Positions 1 to 8,487 of a stretch of DNA of 39,866 bases are shown here, in pieces (the stretch's first letter is position 1; each line of letters opens with the position of its first letter). The DNA comes from Verrucomicrobiales bacterium. Its GTDB lineage: Bacteria > Verrucomicrobiota > Verrucomicrobiia > Verrucomicrobiales > V1-33. A program made the translations under genes and the position numbers. The stretch covers positions 1-39,866 of the forward strand of contig CANHUG010000001.1 of NCBI GenBank assembly GCA_947462995.1, read 5' to 3'. The notes below the pieces were generated by a model, which saw only the letters and a program-made list of their open reading frames with translations, was not told the origin of the DNA and did not search any database.

Positions 1-1073
1 ACCTTCTCCACAATCTTCTGCAGCTTCATCCCCTCAATGTCCTCCATCTCCCCATCCACCCCCTGCGCCACCGCAATGATCATGTCACCCATCTTCACCT
101 GACCGCTCTTGTCCGCAGGCCCACCGACCACCACCGACCGGATCTCCGCCGCCCCGTCCTTCGACTGCAGCACCGCGCCAATCCCATAGAGCGCCTTCTT
201 CATCTCAATGTCGAACTGCCCCTTTTCAGGCGCACTCATGTACTCCGAATGCGGATCATAGGCAGCCGTGATCGCCGACAGAAAGAAATTCGTGATGTCC
301 TCCTCGTCGTTCTCCACGATCGCATCCAGAAACCGCTTGTGACGCTTCAGCACCTTCTGCTCAGGCGTGTCCGGCGCCTTCTTCTCCACCGCAGGCACCG
401 CCTTCGCAGGCTCCACTCCCCCCGCAGGCGTCGTCCCCTTGCCCGCCTCTTCCGCTCCCGGCGCGGGCTTCGGAGCCTCCTGCACCGGCGGCGCACTCTT
501 CTCCTTCGCCTCCTTCTCCTTCCGCCGCTCCTCCGCACGGCGCAAATTCAACCGCTCCTGCAGAATCTCCCGCGTGATCTCCTTCCGCCACAGCACGTCC
601 AGCGCCGCCTCGTCCACCGCCCACGGTGACTCCTTCCGCGTGATCTCCACCGTCTCCGCCGATTTGAAATCCAGCGGCTCCCCTCCCTCGATCAACGCCT
701 TGATCTTGTCGTACCGGGCCTGCACTTTCTTCGCAAACGCCCCGTACATCTCCTTCGCAGGCTCCAGCTTGTACAGATTCACCGCGTCATCCAGCGTCGT
801 CGCATACCGCGTGTTGTAATCGTCAATCTCCCCCTTCGTGAAATACATCCGGCTGTAGTCCAGCGTGTCGATGAAATGCTGCAGCGACTTCCTCGACAGT
901 TCGTCCCCGAACTCACCAAGCGAATAATGCGCCTCCTCCAGCAGCTTCACCACCGAATGCGCCACCACGGCATAATTCGTCTTGGACTCCTGCGCCGCCA
1001 CTGCGGGCCCGGCCAGCAAGGCCGCGCTGATGACAAACGCCGGAAGGCTCAGATGGAAAGCAGGTCTGTTCAT
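1..1073 (-). CDS. prc: S41 family C-terminal processing (tail-specific) protease, N-terminal 357 codons; the 3' end runs off the window start
   Basis: Not in the ORF track because it runs off the edge. My reverse-complement translation from the ATG at 1073-1071 gives MNRPAFHLSLPAFVISAALLAGPAVAAQESKTNYAVV..., which looks like a signal peptide. An open frame continues to nt 3. The last part reads ...YGIGAVLQSKDGAAEIRSVVVGGPADKSGQVKMGDMIIAVAQGVDGEMEDIEGMKLQKIVEK, a typical PDZ domain of Prc/Tsp. The PDZ starting near aa 300, after a long helical N-terminal domain, fits the long Prc form rather than the short CtpA form. A Lys/Glu/Pro/Ala low-complexity linker is inserted around nt 350-560. Confidence 0.75.
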   Translation of the reverse strand, partial: MNRPAFHLSLPAFVISAALLAGPAVAAQESKTNYAVVAHSVVKLLEEAHYSLGEFGDELSRKSLQHFIDTLDYSRMYFTKGEIDDYNTRYATTLDDAVNLYKLEPAKEMYGAFAKKVQARYDKIKALIEGGEPLDFKSAETVEITRKESPWAVDEAALDVLWRKEITREILQERLNLRRAEERRKEKEAKEKSAPPVQEAPKPAPGAEEAGKGTTPAGGVEPAKAVPAVEKKAPDTPEQKVLKRHKRFLDAIVENDEEDITNFFLSAITAAYDPHSEYMSAPEKGQFDIEMKKALYGIGAVLQSKDGAAEIRSVVVGGPADKSGQVKMGDMIIAVAQGVDGEMEDIEGMKLQKIVEK

Positions 1074-1205
1074 ACCAGAAAATTGGATTCAGAAAACCGG
1101 TCTGTGAAGGTAATTGGGTAACGGTCAAGATACGCCGCTCGAAGCCGGAGTTTCCGCGAACCTTTGCGATTGTCTATCGGTTTCCCGCTCCGCAATCTGA
1201 CTCCC

Positions 1206-1829
1206 ATGCACGAGGTCCTTATGTTCACCGGCGGCATCGCCGCCACCAACGGATTCGCCTTCAAAGCCCCCGATGGATGGATCGTCGTCGACGCCCCAGA
1301 AGGCATGGCCGACTTCCTCGCCACAAAAAACATCCGCCCGGCCGCCCTCCTCCTCACCCACGCCCACTTCGACCACGTCATGGACGCCGCCGCCATCGCC
1401 GCCACCGGTGCCGCCGTCTACGCATGGGACACCAGCACCCCGGAAGACCGACTCGAACCTCTCGTCCGCCAGTGGACCGGCACCTCCCTCAATATCCCCG
1501 ATTACCCCGTCCACCATCCCCTCCAGCACCACCTCGACACCCCCATCTCCGTCGCAGGCCTCCAACTCTCCATCGCCCACGTCCCCGGCCACTCCCCCGA
1601 CAGTCTCGTCTTCATCGACCCCACCCGCGCCCGCGCCTTCACCGGCGACACCCTCATGGCCGGCGGCGTCGGCCGCTCCGACTTCCCCGGCGGCAGCCAC
1701 TCCCTCCTCATCGCAGGCATCCGCCGCGAAATCCTCTCCCTCCCCCCAGCCACCATCATCTTCCCCGGCCACGGCGAACGCTCCACCGTCGCCGAAGAAA
1801 CCGACGAAAACCCCCACCTCAACCCCTGA
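1206..1829 (+). CDS. MBL-fold metallo-hydrolase (glyoxalase II / hydroxyacylglutathione hydrolase-like)
   Basis: ORF 1164..1829 contains the THAHFDH metal-binding motif, a downstream HVPGHSPDS motif and the GDTLMAGGVGRSDFPGG and PGHG motifs typical of the metallo-beta-lactamase fold. The track start at 1164 is TTG. The first ATG, at 1206 (MHEVLMFTGG...), is preferred. Confidence 0.85.
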   Translation: MHEVLMFTGGIAATNGFAFKAPDGWIVVDAPEGMADFLATKNIRPAALLLTHAHFDHVMDAAAIAATGAAVYAWDTSTPEDRLEPLVRQWTGTSLNIPDYPVHHPLQHHLDTPISVAGLQLSIAHVPGHSPDSLVFIDPTRARAFTGDTLMAGGVGRSDFPGGSHSLLIAGIRREILSLPPATIIFPGHGERSTVAEETDENPHLNP

Positions 1830-1835
1830 CCACCT

Positions 1836-2040
1836 CCCCACAGAGGCCTGTCTTCTTGCGCCCTCCCCCAAAAGTGGCACGGGCATCTTGCCTGTGACCT
1901 CTTCTTCCAAGACGTCCACACCCCACAGAGGTCTTCCTTCTTGCCCTCTCCCCCAAAAGTGGCACGGGCATCCTGCCTGTGACCTCTTCCGCCAAGACGT
2001 CCACACCCCACAGAGGTCTGTCTTCTTGCCCCCTCTCGTC
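1836..2040. repeat. 85-bp tandem repeat, about 2.4 copies (units 1836-1920, 1921-2005, partial 2006-2040); a further partial copy lies near 2339-2371
   Basis: Direct reading shows ccccacagagg(c/t)c(t/-)t..cttcttgc.ccctcccccaaaagtggcacgggcat(c)ttgcctgtgacctcttc..ccaagacgtccaca repeated head to tail with a few substitutions. It lies in the intergenic region downstream of the MBL hydrolase. Confidence 0.9.
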
Positions 2041-2194
2041 CCGTAGCGAAGACCTGTTAGCAGCCCCCTCCGAACCAGCAGCCGAAGGCTCTGGACTGCT
2101 GTCAGCATTACAGCTCTCCCCGCGCACGGAGTGCGCCTGCCAGCCCCTCTCCCCACACGCCCCTCCCTCAGTTACGGGAACCGTAACCTTGGAA

Positions 2195-2316
2195 TGCGGA
2201 AGCCTGCTGCCGCTTTCCCGGAGCCAGCCCGCTGGCCCGGCACCAATCAAGCATACCACACCCTTCACCACTCTCCCCACCCGCCCTTCACCCCTTCGGG
2301 CGAGCCCCCTCTCCCA
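2195..2316. repeat. Interspersed intergenic repeat, copy A (~120 bp); direct repeat of 2983-3103
   Basis: The string tgcggaagcctgctgccgctttc(cc/ac)ggagccagcccgctggcccggcaccaatcaagcataccac..caccactctccccacccgcccttcac occurs in both copies in the same orientation. A shorter shared segment, cagccccctccgaaccagc..cgaaggc..tggactgc, precedes both (2061-2099 and 2944-2985). Confidence 0.9.
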
Positions 2317-2454
2317 ACCCGCGCCACCTCCGTTCAAGCCCCACAGAGCTCCTTCTTCTTGGCCTCTCAAGATGGCCACTGATCCCCGGTGAACTGCCAA
2401 CCCGCACCGGAAATCCATATTGCGACCCCGATCATGATCGGTATCATCAAATCC

Positions 2455-2652
2455 ATGAGCCTTGCCGAACTGGAAAAGGAAGTCCTGAAGCTCTCATCAG
2501 GCGCACTTAGCGCGTTCACACGCTGGCTCGACGACTACACGGCCCGCTCCTGGGATGCCCAACTGGAACAGGACGTTGCAGACGGGAAACTCGATCGGTT
2601 CGCAGAAAAAGCTGACGAGGATTTCGAAACTGGTCGCTGCACTGAGTTGTGA
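2455..2652 (+). CDS. Putative type II antitoxin (small acidic helical protein partnered with a ParE/RelE-like toxin)
   Basis: 65-aa product MSLAELEKEVLKLSSGALSAFTRWLDDYTARSWDAQLEQDVADGKLDRFAEKADEDFETGRCTEL. It is small, acidic and lies immediately upstream of the toxin-like ORF, with a 4-nt overlap (GTGA at 2649-2652). The N-terminal M-S-x-x-E-L pattern resembles addiction-module components. Alternative ATG at 2434; the track start 2389 is unlikely. Confidence 0.6.
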   Translation: MSLAELEKEVLKLSSGALSAFTRWLDDYTARSWDAQLEQDVADGKLDRFAEKADEDFETGRCTEL

Positions 2653-2903
2653 AGCAGTTCGCCTCTCCCGATTTCCGGTTCCACTATCGATTGCTGCCGG
2701 AAGCCATTCGGGACCTGGCCGACAAAAACTTTGCCCTGTTGAAAGAAAACCCACGGCATCCTTCCCTTCGACTGAAGAAGGTGGGATCATTCTGGTCTGT
2801 TAGAATCGGCCTCGGCTACCGGGCGCTCGGCAGAGATCGACCTGAAGTAGTGGTATGGATGTGGATCGGCTCTCACGCCGACTACGACTCGTTGTTGCAA
2901 TAA
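2649..2903 (+). CDS. ParE/RelE superfamily type II toxin-like protein
   Basis: 84 aa: MKQFASPDFRFHYRLLPEAIRDLADKNFALLKENPRHPSLRLKKVGSFWSVRIGLGYRALGRDRPEVVVWMWIGSHADYDSLLQ. The pattern nP.HPSL..KKv...WSvRig..YRAlg....v.W.WIG.HadYD matches ParE-like/RelE-like toxins as I remember them. The GTG start overlaps the upstream stop. Size and two-gene layout are typical of TA modules. Confidence 0.7.
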   Translation: MKQFASPDFRFHYRLLPEAIRDLADKNFALLKENPRHPSLRLKKVGSFWSVRIGLGYRALGRDRPEVVVWMWIGSHADYDSLLQ

Positions 2904-2982
2904 AATTCCCCCAGAGCCCCGTCCACTCGCCCCTTCCTCCCAACCAGCCCCCTCCGAACCAGCCTCGCCGAAGGCCTTGGAC

Positions 2983-3103
2983 TGCGGAAGCCTGCTGCCG
3001 CTTTCACCGGAGCCAGCCCGCTGGCCCGGCACCAATCAAGCATACCACGCCCATCACCACTCTCCCCACCCGCCCTTCACTCCCTCGCGCGAGCCCGCTC
3101 TCC
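2983..3103. repeat. Interspersed intergenic repeat, copy B (direct repeat of 2195-2316)
   Basis: See copy A. It is followed by a low-complexity tract, aatctcagatctcaaatttcaaatctcccc (3118-3150). Confidence 0.9.
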
Positions 3104-3350
3104 GACCAATCCCTCACAAATCTCAGATCTCAAATTTCAAATCTCCCCCCGCCCCCCGCCCCGCAGATCCAAACACGCATTATCCCAGAGCCCGATTCCA
3201 CGCATTATCACCTGCGCACTAGCAGCATTTCCGGTTTGACGGCAATTCTTGAACGCGATATTGCCGATGAAATCGTGGTTTTCGACAGTCGGATATGCAG
3301 ATATCAGTCGCGATTCGCCGTCATAATTACACTGTTCTGCCAGAAATTGA

Positions 3351-3773
3351 ATGGACACCTTTCCCATAGCAGCGGACGAGCACTACGGTTGGCGGACAGG
3401 CTCAACAGAGTCGGGAGAGCAGGCAATCCTGAGCGCATACCAAGATCTATTTTTCGATCCTGAGGGGAGATTTCTCAGACTGGTTTACCACTGCGATTGG
3501 CATGACTATTCGCCATCACATGAAGTGGCTTTCAATGACAGAAGCGAGCGTCTCCTCGTTGCGAATGTGCCTATAAGAGTTCAGGAATTCGAAGCTTCCG
3601 AAAGCGCGTTCTTGAGGCGAATGCCCAGGAACTTTCAAGCGAGTGTGAACGATCCAGCAAATTCCGAGGTGGATCGAGCATTCATTGACCAATGGATACA
3701 GGAGGGACAATTTGAGTTCCAGTTCAACGGCAACTTCTGGATGAATGCTGACGGGACTGTCGAATCATCCTAG
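3351..3773 (+). CDS. Hypothetical protein (140 aa) with no recognisable family, in a low-GC islet
   Basis: ATG-initiated ORF with a balanced, non-low-complexity composition (MDTFPIAADEHYGWRTGSTESGEQAILSAYQDLFFDPEGRFLRLVYHCDWHDYS...). Hand counts on two 60-nt lines inside it give about 45-47% G+C, against 62-70% in the flanking genes. Confidence 0.55.
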   Translation: MDTFPIAADEHYGWRTGSTESGEQAILSAYQDLFFDPEGRFLRLVYHCDWHDYSPSHEVAFNDRSERLLVANVPIRVQEFEASESAFLRRMPRNFQASVNDPANSEVDRAFIDQWIQEGQFEFQFNGNFWMNADGTVESS

Positions 3774-3931
3774 GTCCGCCGAGGCAGAACAAGCTGTCAC
3801 TCCTAACGCCTGACCCGCCTTCAATTCCAGCCGTCATGACCGTTACAACCTCAAGCCCGTGTTCCAACCTCGCCCCCGGTCAGGCGTAGGAGGACTCGAC
3901 GTTCGGCGACTTTCACGCGCACTCTAAATCC

Positions 3932-4186
3932 ATGAATCCAAGCGCACGAAAGTCCCTTCCGCCCTCGCTTTGGTATGGCGTAGTCAATGGGTTTTTCTCG
4001 TTGCTCTGGGCCATCGGGATTCCGGTCGCCTTTTGGCACTACGTCAGTTGGCCGCCCAGGGCTAAGACTCCTTCGGCGATGGTCTTCCTCTTCCTGTCAG
4101 CGCGCATCATCGACAGACACATTCCACGCCTCACCAATCCCGTAATTGAATGGGTTTACGACCGAAGCGGAAGCCGCAACCCATGA
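3932..4186 (+). CDS. Hypothetical small membrane protein (84 aa)
   Basis: ATG ORF with two hydrophobic stretches (WYGVVNGFFSLLWAIGIPVAFW and AMVFLFLSARII). No recognisable family. Coding status is uncertain. Confidence 0.4.
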   Translation: MNPSARKSLPPSLWYGVVNGFFSLLWAIGIPVAFWHYVSWPPRAKTPSAMVFLFLSARIIDRHIPRLTNPVIEWVYDRSGSRNP

Positions 4187-4799
4187 TGTCTAACATTCAC
4201 TGCCGCATGCCTCCAAGGAACAAGCCATCCAAGGCCCCTGCGGTTGAACCAGCCCCGCAATAGCACCGGAGATGATCGATGCGCCTTGCGTTTAGCGCCT
4301 CCGCCTTGATCGCCCTTTTACCGCAGACTTCAGACATTTCAAGGGCTCTTGATAGGCTTCTGACAAGGCTGCGGAGATTATTGCACAACTGCTCTGGAAG
4401 CGGCGGGGACACATCTCGCTCATTCGGGTCCGGCGCGGGCGCGGGCTCTGCGCGGCGCGGTCGCCGTTGGTTTCGAGAAGAGCCGCCCCCAGTGACCTGC
4501 CCTCTTGGATTCCCCTTTGCCACACAGAACCCTCCGCAGTCACCGAAGAATCGTGCGCTCCCAACTCGTCCACCGACCACCTTCACTCCAGAGGCCTGAC
4601 CGCATATCACCTTTTCTCCGCCCCCTCTAGCGGCCAAAGTGTCGCGAAAGGGCGTAAAAGGCTTATCGCACCATCTGCAGACGCGTCGTCGCCGATGCAT
4701 TTGCATTTCAGGTAGTGGACTCTACCGTTGCACGCCGTCCGAGGTTTGCGACTCCTCTTCTCCCTTCCTTTTGTCTCCATTCGACCGCTCACGAAACGC

Positions 4800-7700
4800 A
4801 TGCGCTTCCTGATCATCCTTGCCGTCAGCCTCCTGCTCGGTCTGCTTGAGCCCGCTGCTGCTCAGACTCCCGGAAGCCTTGACGTGTCGTTCGGCAGCGA
4901 TTCCGCCATCAACGGCGATGTTCTCTCGATAATTCCGGCCGGGGACGGCAAGGTCTACATCGGTGGCGAATTCACAATGGTTCGTGGCGTGAAGCGCAAC
5001 CGCATCGCGCGGTTGAATGCCGACGGGAGCCTCGACACCGCTTTCAACCCCGGCACCGGAGCGGACAACTGGGTCAGTTCAGTGGCGATTCAGCAGGACG
5101 GGAAAGTGCTGATCGGGGGCGGTTTCACCGGCGTGAACGGGACGGCTCGCAACCGCATCGCGCGGCTGAATTCCGACGGAAGCCTCGACCCCAGCTTCAA
5201 CCCGGGCTCAGGGGCTAACAACTCGGTCCACTCGGTGGCGATTCAGCAGGACGGAAAGGTGCTGATCGGAGGTGATTTCCTCCTGATGAGAGGAACTGTG
5301 CGCAGCCGCATCGCGCGGCTGAATGCCGACGGCAGCCTCGACGCCACCTTCGACCCCGGCACCGGGGCAGACAAACTTGTCATTGCCTTGACGGTGCAGG
5401 GCGACGGGAAAGTGATCGTCGTCGGCAGTTTCACCCGCGTGAACGGGACAGGGCGCAACCGCGTCGCACGACTGAACGCCAACGGCAGCCTCGACACCGA
5501 CTTCAACCCAGGCTCAGGGGCGGACGCAACGGTCATTTCCGCGGCGATTCAGGGCGACGGGAGAGTGTTGATCGGGGGGGCGTTCTCCAACGTCAATGGG
5601 ACGGGGCGAAATGGTGTCGCTCGGCTGAATGCCGACGGGAGCCTCGACGCCGTCTTCAACCCCCGCCCCGCAGCGAGCAGCGTGATTAATGCCGTGGCGG
5701 CGCAACAGGACGGGAAGGTGCTCCTCGGCGGTTCCTTCTACTTCGTGAGGACGCCGCACTACGGCATCGCCCGGCTGAACTCCGACGGCAGCCTCGACGT
5801 CGGCTTCGACCCCGGAACGGGGGTCAGTAATGAGGTTGAAAGTGTGGCCGTGCAGGGGGACGGGAAGGTACTCATAGGCGGGCGGTTCAGCACCTTCGAC
5901 ACCGTCGGGGGAAACTCCTTCGCGCGGTTGAATGCCGACGGGAGTCTCGACACCACATTTTTCAACCTTGCCACCGGCGCAAACTACGGCGTCGGCACCG
6001 TGGCAGTTCAGGAGGACGGGAAGGTGGTGATCGCAGGCGGGTTCAACAGCGTGAATGCGACAAGGCGCCGTGGCATCGCTAGGCTGAATACCGACGGGAA
6101 CATCGACACCTCCTTTAGTCCAGTCCTGAACGGCTCGGTCTATGCCGTGGCCGTTCAGCGGAACGGGAAGGCACTCATCAGCGGGAGCTTCACCAGCGTG
6201 AACGGGACCGTGCGCAACCGCATCGCTCGGCTGAACACCGACGGCAGTCTCGACCCGAGCTTCAACCTAGGCACGGGGACGGACAGCTTAATCACCTCGG
6301 TGGAGGTACAGTGGGGCGGGAAGGTGCTGATCGGGGGCCCTTTCACCCTGGTGAACGGGGTCAGCCGCAACCGCATCGCCCGGCTGAATCCCGACGGCAG
6401 TCTCGACTCGTCCTTCAATCCCGGCACGGGAGCAGACTCAACGGTCAATGCCGTGGCGGTTCAGGGAGACGGAAAGGTTGTCATCGGCGGAGAGTTCACC
6501 ATCGTGAACGGGGTCGCACGCAACCGCATCGCCCGGCTGAACGCTGACGGCAGCCTCGACGTCGGCCTCAACCCTGGCGGCGGGGCGGACCTCGAAATCA
6601 ATGTCGTGGCAGTCCAAGCGGACGGAAAGGTGCTCATTGCAGGCCCCTTCACAAGAATCGGCGGCGTCAGCCGCAAACTCTTCGCAAGGCTCAACGCCGA
6701 CGGCAGTCTCGACTCCTCCTTCAATCCCGGCACGGGGCCGGACGAGCAGGTCAGTGCCGTGGCAGTGCAGGGCGACGGGAAATTGTTGATCGGGGGGCTT
6801 TTCACCAGCTTCAATGGGACAGGGCGCAACCGCATCGCACGGCTGAATGCCGACGGGAGCCTCGATGCCGGCTTCAACCCCGGTACGGGACTAGACCGCG
6901 CGATCGGTGCCGTGGCTGTGCAGGGCAACGGAAAGGTGCTGATCGGCGGTGATTTCACCCGAGTGAACGAAACGGGGCGCAACCGCATCGTCCGGCTGCA
7001 CAATGACATCGCCACCTCCCAACTGGCACCCGTCAGTTCAGGCAGGATCGAGTGGCGGCGTGGCGGCAGCGCTCCCGAGGTCACATGGGTTGAATTCGAA
7101 TTCTCAGTAGATGGTCAATCGTGGGTTCCGCTGGGATCGGGCAATCGCATCAACGGGGGGTGGGAATTGACGGGCTTGAATATTCCTCCCGAGGGCATGG
7201 TGCGCGCTAGCGGCCAATCGTCCGGCAGCAACAACTCCAGTCTCGTTGAGGAAGTAGCGTCCTATCGGCTCGGCAATCCCGAGATCGCGGTGAGCGGCAA
7301 AGGACTGAACATCGCCAGTGGAGATGCCACACCCGGGGCGGACGACAACACGGACTTCGGCAGCGTCGCTGCGGGCGGATCACCCATGGCGCACACCTTC
7401 ACCATCACCAACACGGGTCCGGTATCCCTCGCCCTCACGGGCTCGCCGCGGGTTGCCATCAGCGGCAGCACAGCCTTCAGCGTGACCAGACAGCCGGACA
7501 CAGCCACCGTTGCACCAGGCGGCAGCACGGTGACGTTCGACGTGAGCTTTTCCGCCTCGGCCGCCGGCCCGCAGTCGGCGACCGTAACCATCGCCAGCGA
7601 CGACACTGACGAGAACCCTTTCACCTTCGCAGTATCAGGCACAGGACCGAGTCCCGCCGACGCCTTCTATCACGCCATGACCATCGCCGGTCTCGCAGGC

Positions 7701-8081
7701 CCCACCGCGGCACCGGACGCCACCCCTCACGGCGACGGGGTGAACAATCTGCTCAAGTATGCCTTCAACATGAATCTCGCGGACAAGGACAGTCGGACCA
7801 TGCCGCCGGGCGGCACCGCCGGACTGCCAACCATCACCACTCAGCCGAACACCCCAGCCGGCATCCTGCGCTTCGAGTTCGTCCGGCGGATCGGTAGCGG
7901 CCTCATCTACACACCTCAAAAAAGCACCGACCCCGGCAACCCCGCATCATGGGTGCCCCTGACAGACACTCCATCCGTCAACGCCATCGACGCAGCATGG
8001 GAACGGGTAATCTACGAGGAGCCGTATGATCCCGCCGCTGCACCCCGCCTCTTCGGCCGCGTGCAGCTCCGGCTGCCGTAA
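4800..8081 (+). CDS. Secreted delta-60-like repeat (beta-propeller-type) protein with a choice-of-anchor-D-like domain and the shared C-terminal module
   Basis: Signal peptide MRFLIILAVSLLLGLLEPAAAQ from the ATG at 4800 (the track start 4728 is TTG). It has 14 tandem ~51-52-aa repeats of consensus [51 protein letters not shown]. An Ig-like module at 7272-7646 (GNPEIAVSG...FTITNTGPVSLALTG...VTFDVSF...ATVTIASDDTDENPFTFAVSGTG) resembles choice-of-anchor D. The C-terminal module (7647-8081) ends LFGRVQLRLP. Confidence 0.85.
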   Translation: MRFLIILAVSLLLGLLEPAAAQTPGSLDVSFGSDSAINGDVLSIIPAGDGKVYIGGEFTMVRGVKRNRIARLNADGSLDTAFNPGTGADNWVSSVAIQQDGKVLIGGGFTGVNGTARNRIARLNSDGSLDPSFNPGSGANNSVHSVAIQQDGKVLIGGDFLLMRGTVRSRIARLNADGSLDATFDPGTGADKLVIALTVQGDGKVIVVGSFTRVNGTGRNRVARLNANGSLDTDFNPGSGADATVISAAIQGDGRVLIGGAFSNVNGTGRNGVARLNADGSLDAVFNPRPAASSVINAVAAQQDGKVLLGGSFYFVRTPHYGIARLNSDGSLDVGFDPGTGVSNEVESVAVQGDGKVLIGGRFSTFDTVGGNSFARLNADGSLDTTFFNLATGANYGVGTVAVQEDGKVVIAGGFNSVNATRRRGIARLNTDGNIDTSFSPVLNGSVYAVAVQRNGKALISGSFTSVNGTVRNRIARLNTDGSLDPSFNLGTGTDSLITSVEVQWGGKVLIGGPFTLVNGVSRNRIARLNPDGSLDSSFNPGTGADSTVNAVAVQGDGKVVIGGEFTIVNGVARNRIARLNADGSLDVGLNPGGGADLEINVVAVQADGKVLIAGPFTRIGGVSRKLFARLNADGSLDSSFNPGTGPDEQVSAVAVQGDGKLLIGGLFTSFNGTGRNRIARLNADGSLDAGFNPGTGLDRAIGAVAVQGNGKVLIGGDFTRVNETGRNRIVRLHNDIATSQLAPVSSGRIEWRRGGSAPEVTWVEFEFSVDGQSWVPLGSGNRINGGWELTGLNIPPEGMVRASGQSSGSNNSSLVEEVASYRLGNPEIAVSGKGLNIASGDATPGADDNTDFGSVAAGGSPMAHTFTITNTGPVSLALTGSPRVAISGSTAFSVTRQPDTATVAPGGSTVTFDVSFSASAAGPQSATVTIASDDTDENPFTFAVSGTGPSPADAFYHAMTIAGLAGPTAAPDATPHGDGVNNLLKYAFNMNLADKDSRTMPPGGTAGLPTITTQPNTPAGILRFEFVRRIGSGLIYTPQKSTDPGNPASWVPLTDTPSVNAIDAAWERVIYEEPYDPAAAPRLFGRVQLRLP

Positions 8082-8135
8082 GTGGACCGCACCAACAGGC
8101 CATCAACTTGCCCGCCCGCCCATTCCCGCTCACCG

Positions 8136-8365
8136 CAAGAGCCCTGTCCAATTATCCCCTCTCCCAGCGGCCTCTCGGCCTCTCCTCAGCACCAGAACCA
8201 TCTGCGTCCATCCGCGAAATCTGCGGCTCCCCCTGACACCCCAAGAGGCCCCACCCCAAGAGCCCTGTCCAATCACCCCCTCTCCCGGCGGCCTCCCATC
8301 AGCATCAGAACCATCTGCGTCCATCCGCGAAATCTGCGGTTCCCCCTGCCCCCCAGAGGCCCGAC
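8136..8365. repeat. ~121-bp tandem repeat, 2 copies (starts at 8136 and 8257)
   Basis: The unit caagagccctgtccaat.a.cccctctccc.gcggcctc...cagaaccatctgcgtccatccgcgaaatctgcgg.tccccctg occurs twice in the intergenic space between the two delta-60 genes. Confidence 0.9.
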
Positions 8366-8487
8366 CACATATCCCCAGGCCAGCCCCCCCCCCAGCAGCC
8401 CGTCCTCTCACGACTCCACTCTTGCTGACAAGTCACTGATCGGCGAGAATACCCCCGCCTCCGGACCCCCGGCTGCACTCTCAAAGG

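Noticed and set aside
1836-2040. Possible CRISPR array (also considered for 8136-8365)
   Set aside because: The units are 85 bp and ~121 bp and abut each other without unique spacers. Copy number is only 2-2.4. There are no cas genes in the window.
1125-2156. Long ORFs overlapping the MBL hydrolase gene and the downstream repeats (1125..2156 minus 343 aa; 1273..2046 plus 257 aa; 1277..1897 plus 206 aa; 1502..2011 minus)
   Set aside because: Their Gly/Glu/Val or Pro/Ser/Thr/Arg-rich low-complexity translations are typical of wrong-frame or antisense reading of GC-rich DNA. The 1206-1829 frame carries clear MBL motifs and explains the region.
1819-2418. 199-aa minus-strand ORF and 137-aa plus-strand ORF (1979..2392) in the MBL-TA spacer
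   Set aside because: Both are assembled entirely from the tandem and interspersed repeat units (for example ...GRMPVPLLGE..., ...ESGSRLPHSK...). They are repeat-derived open frames, not genes.
3137-3367. 76-aa minus-strand ORF at the left edge of the low-GC islet
   Set aside because: It overlaps the start of the 3351-3773 ORF and runs into the low-complexity repeat tract. No motif or partner is visible. It could be a gene fragment, but I cannot support it.
3806-3887. Perfect 10-bp inverted repeat acgcctgacc / ggtcaggcgt separated by 62 nt
   Set aside because: By rough expectation (about 40,000 positions x about 90 spacings x 4^-10), several such pairs arise by chance in a window this size. 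There is no supporting compensatory structure or flanking signal.
4197-4706. 169-aa minus-strand ORF and overlapping plus-strand ORFs (4279..4599, 4467..4715) in the 540-nt region upstream of the delta-60 gene
   Set aside because: They are Arg/Gly/Cys-rich with irregular composition and no motifs, and several mutually overlapping frames are open. The region is more likely non-coding leader or promoter DNA. A degraded pseudogene cannot be excluded.
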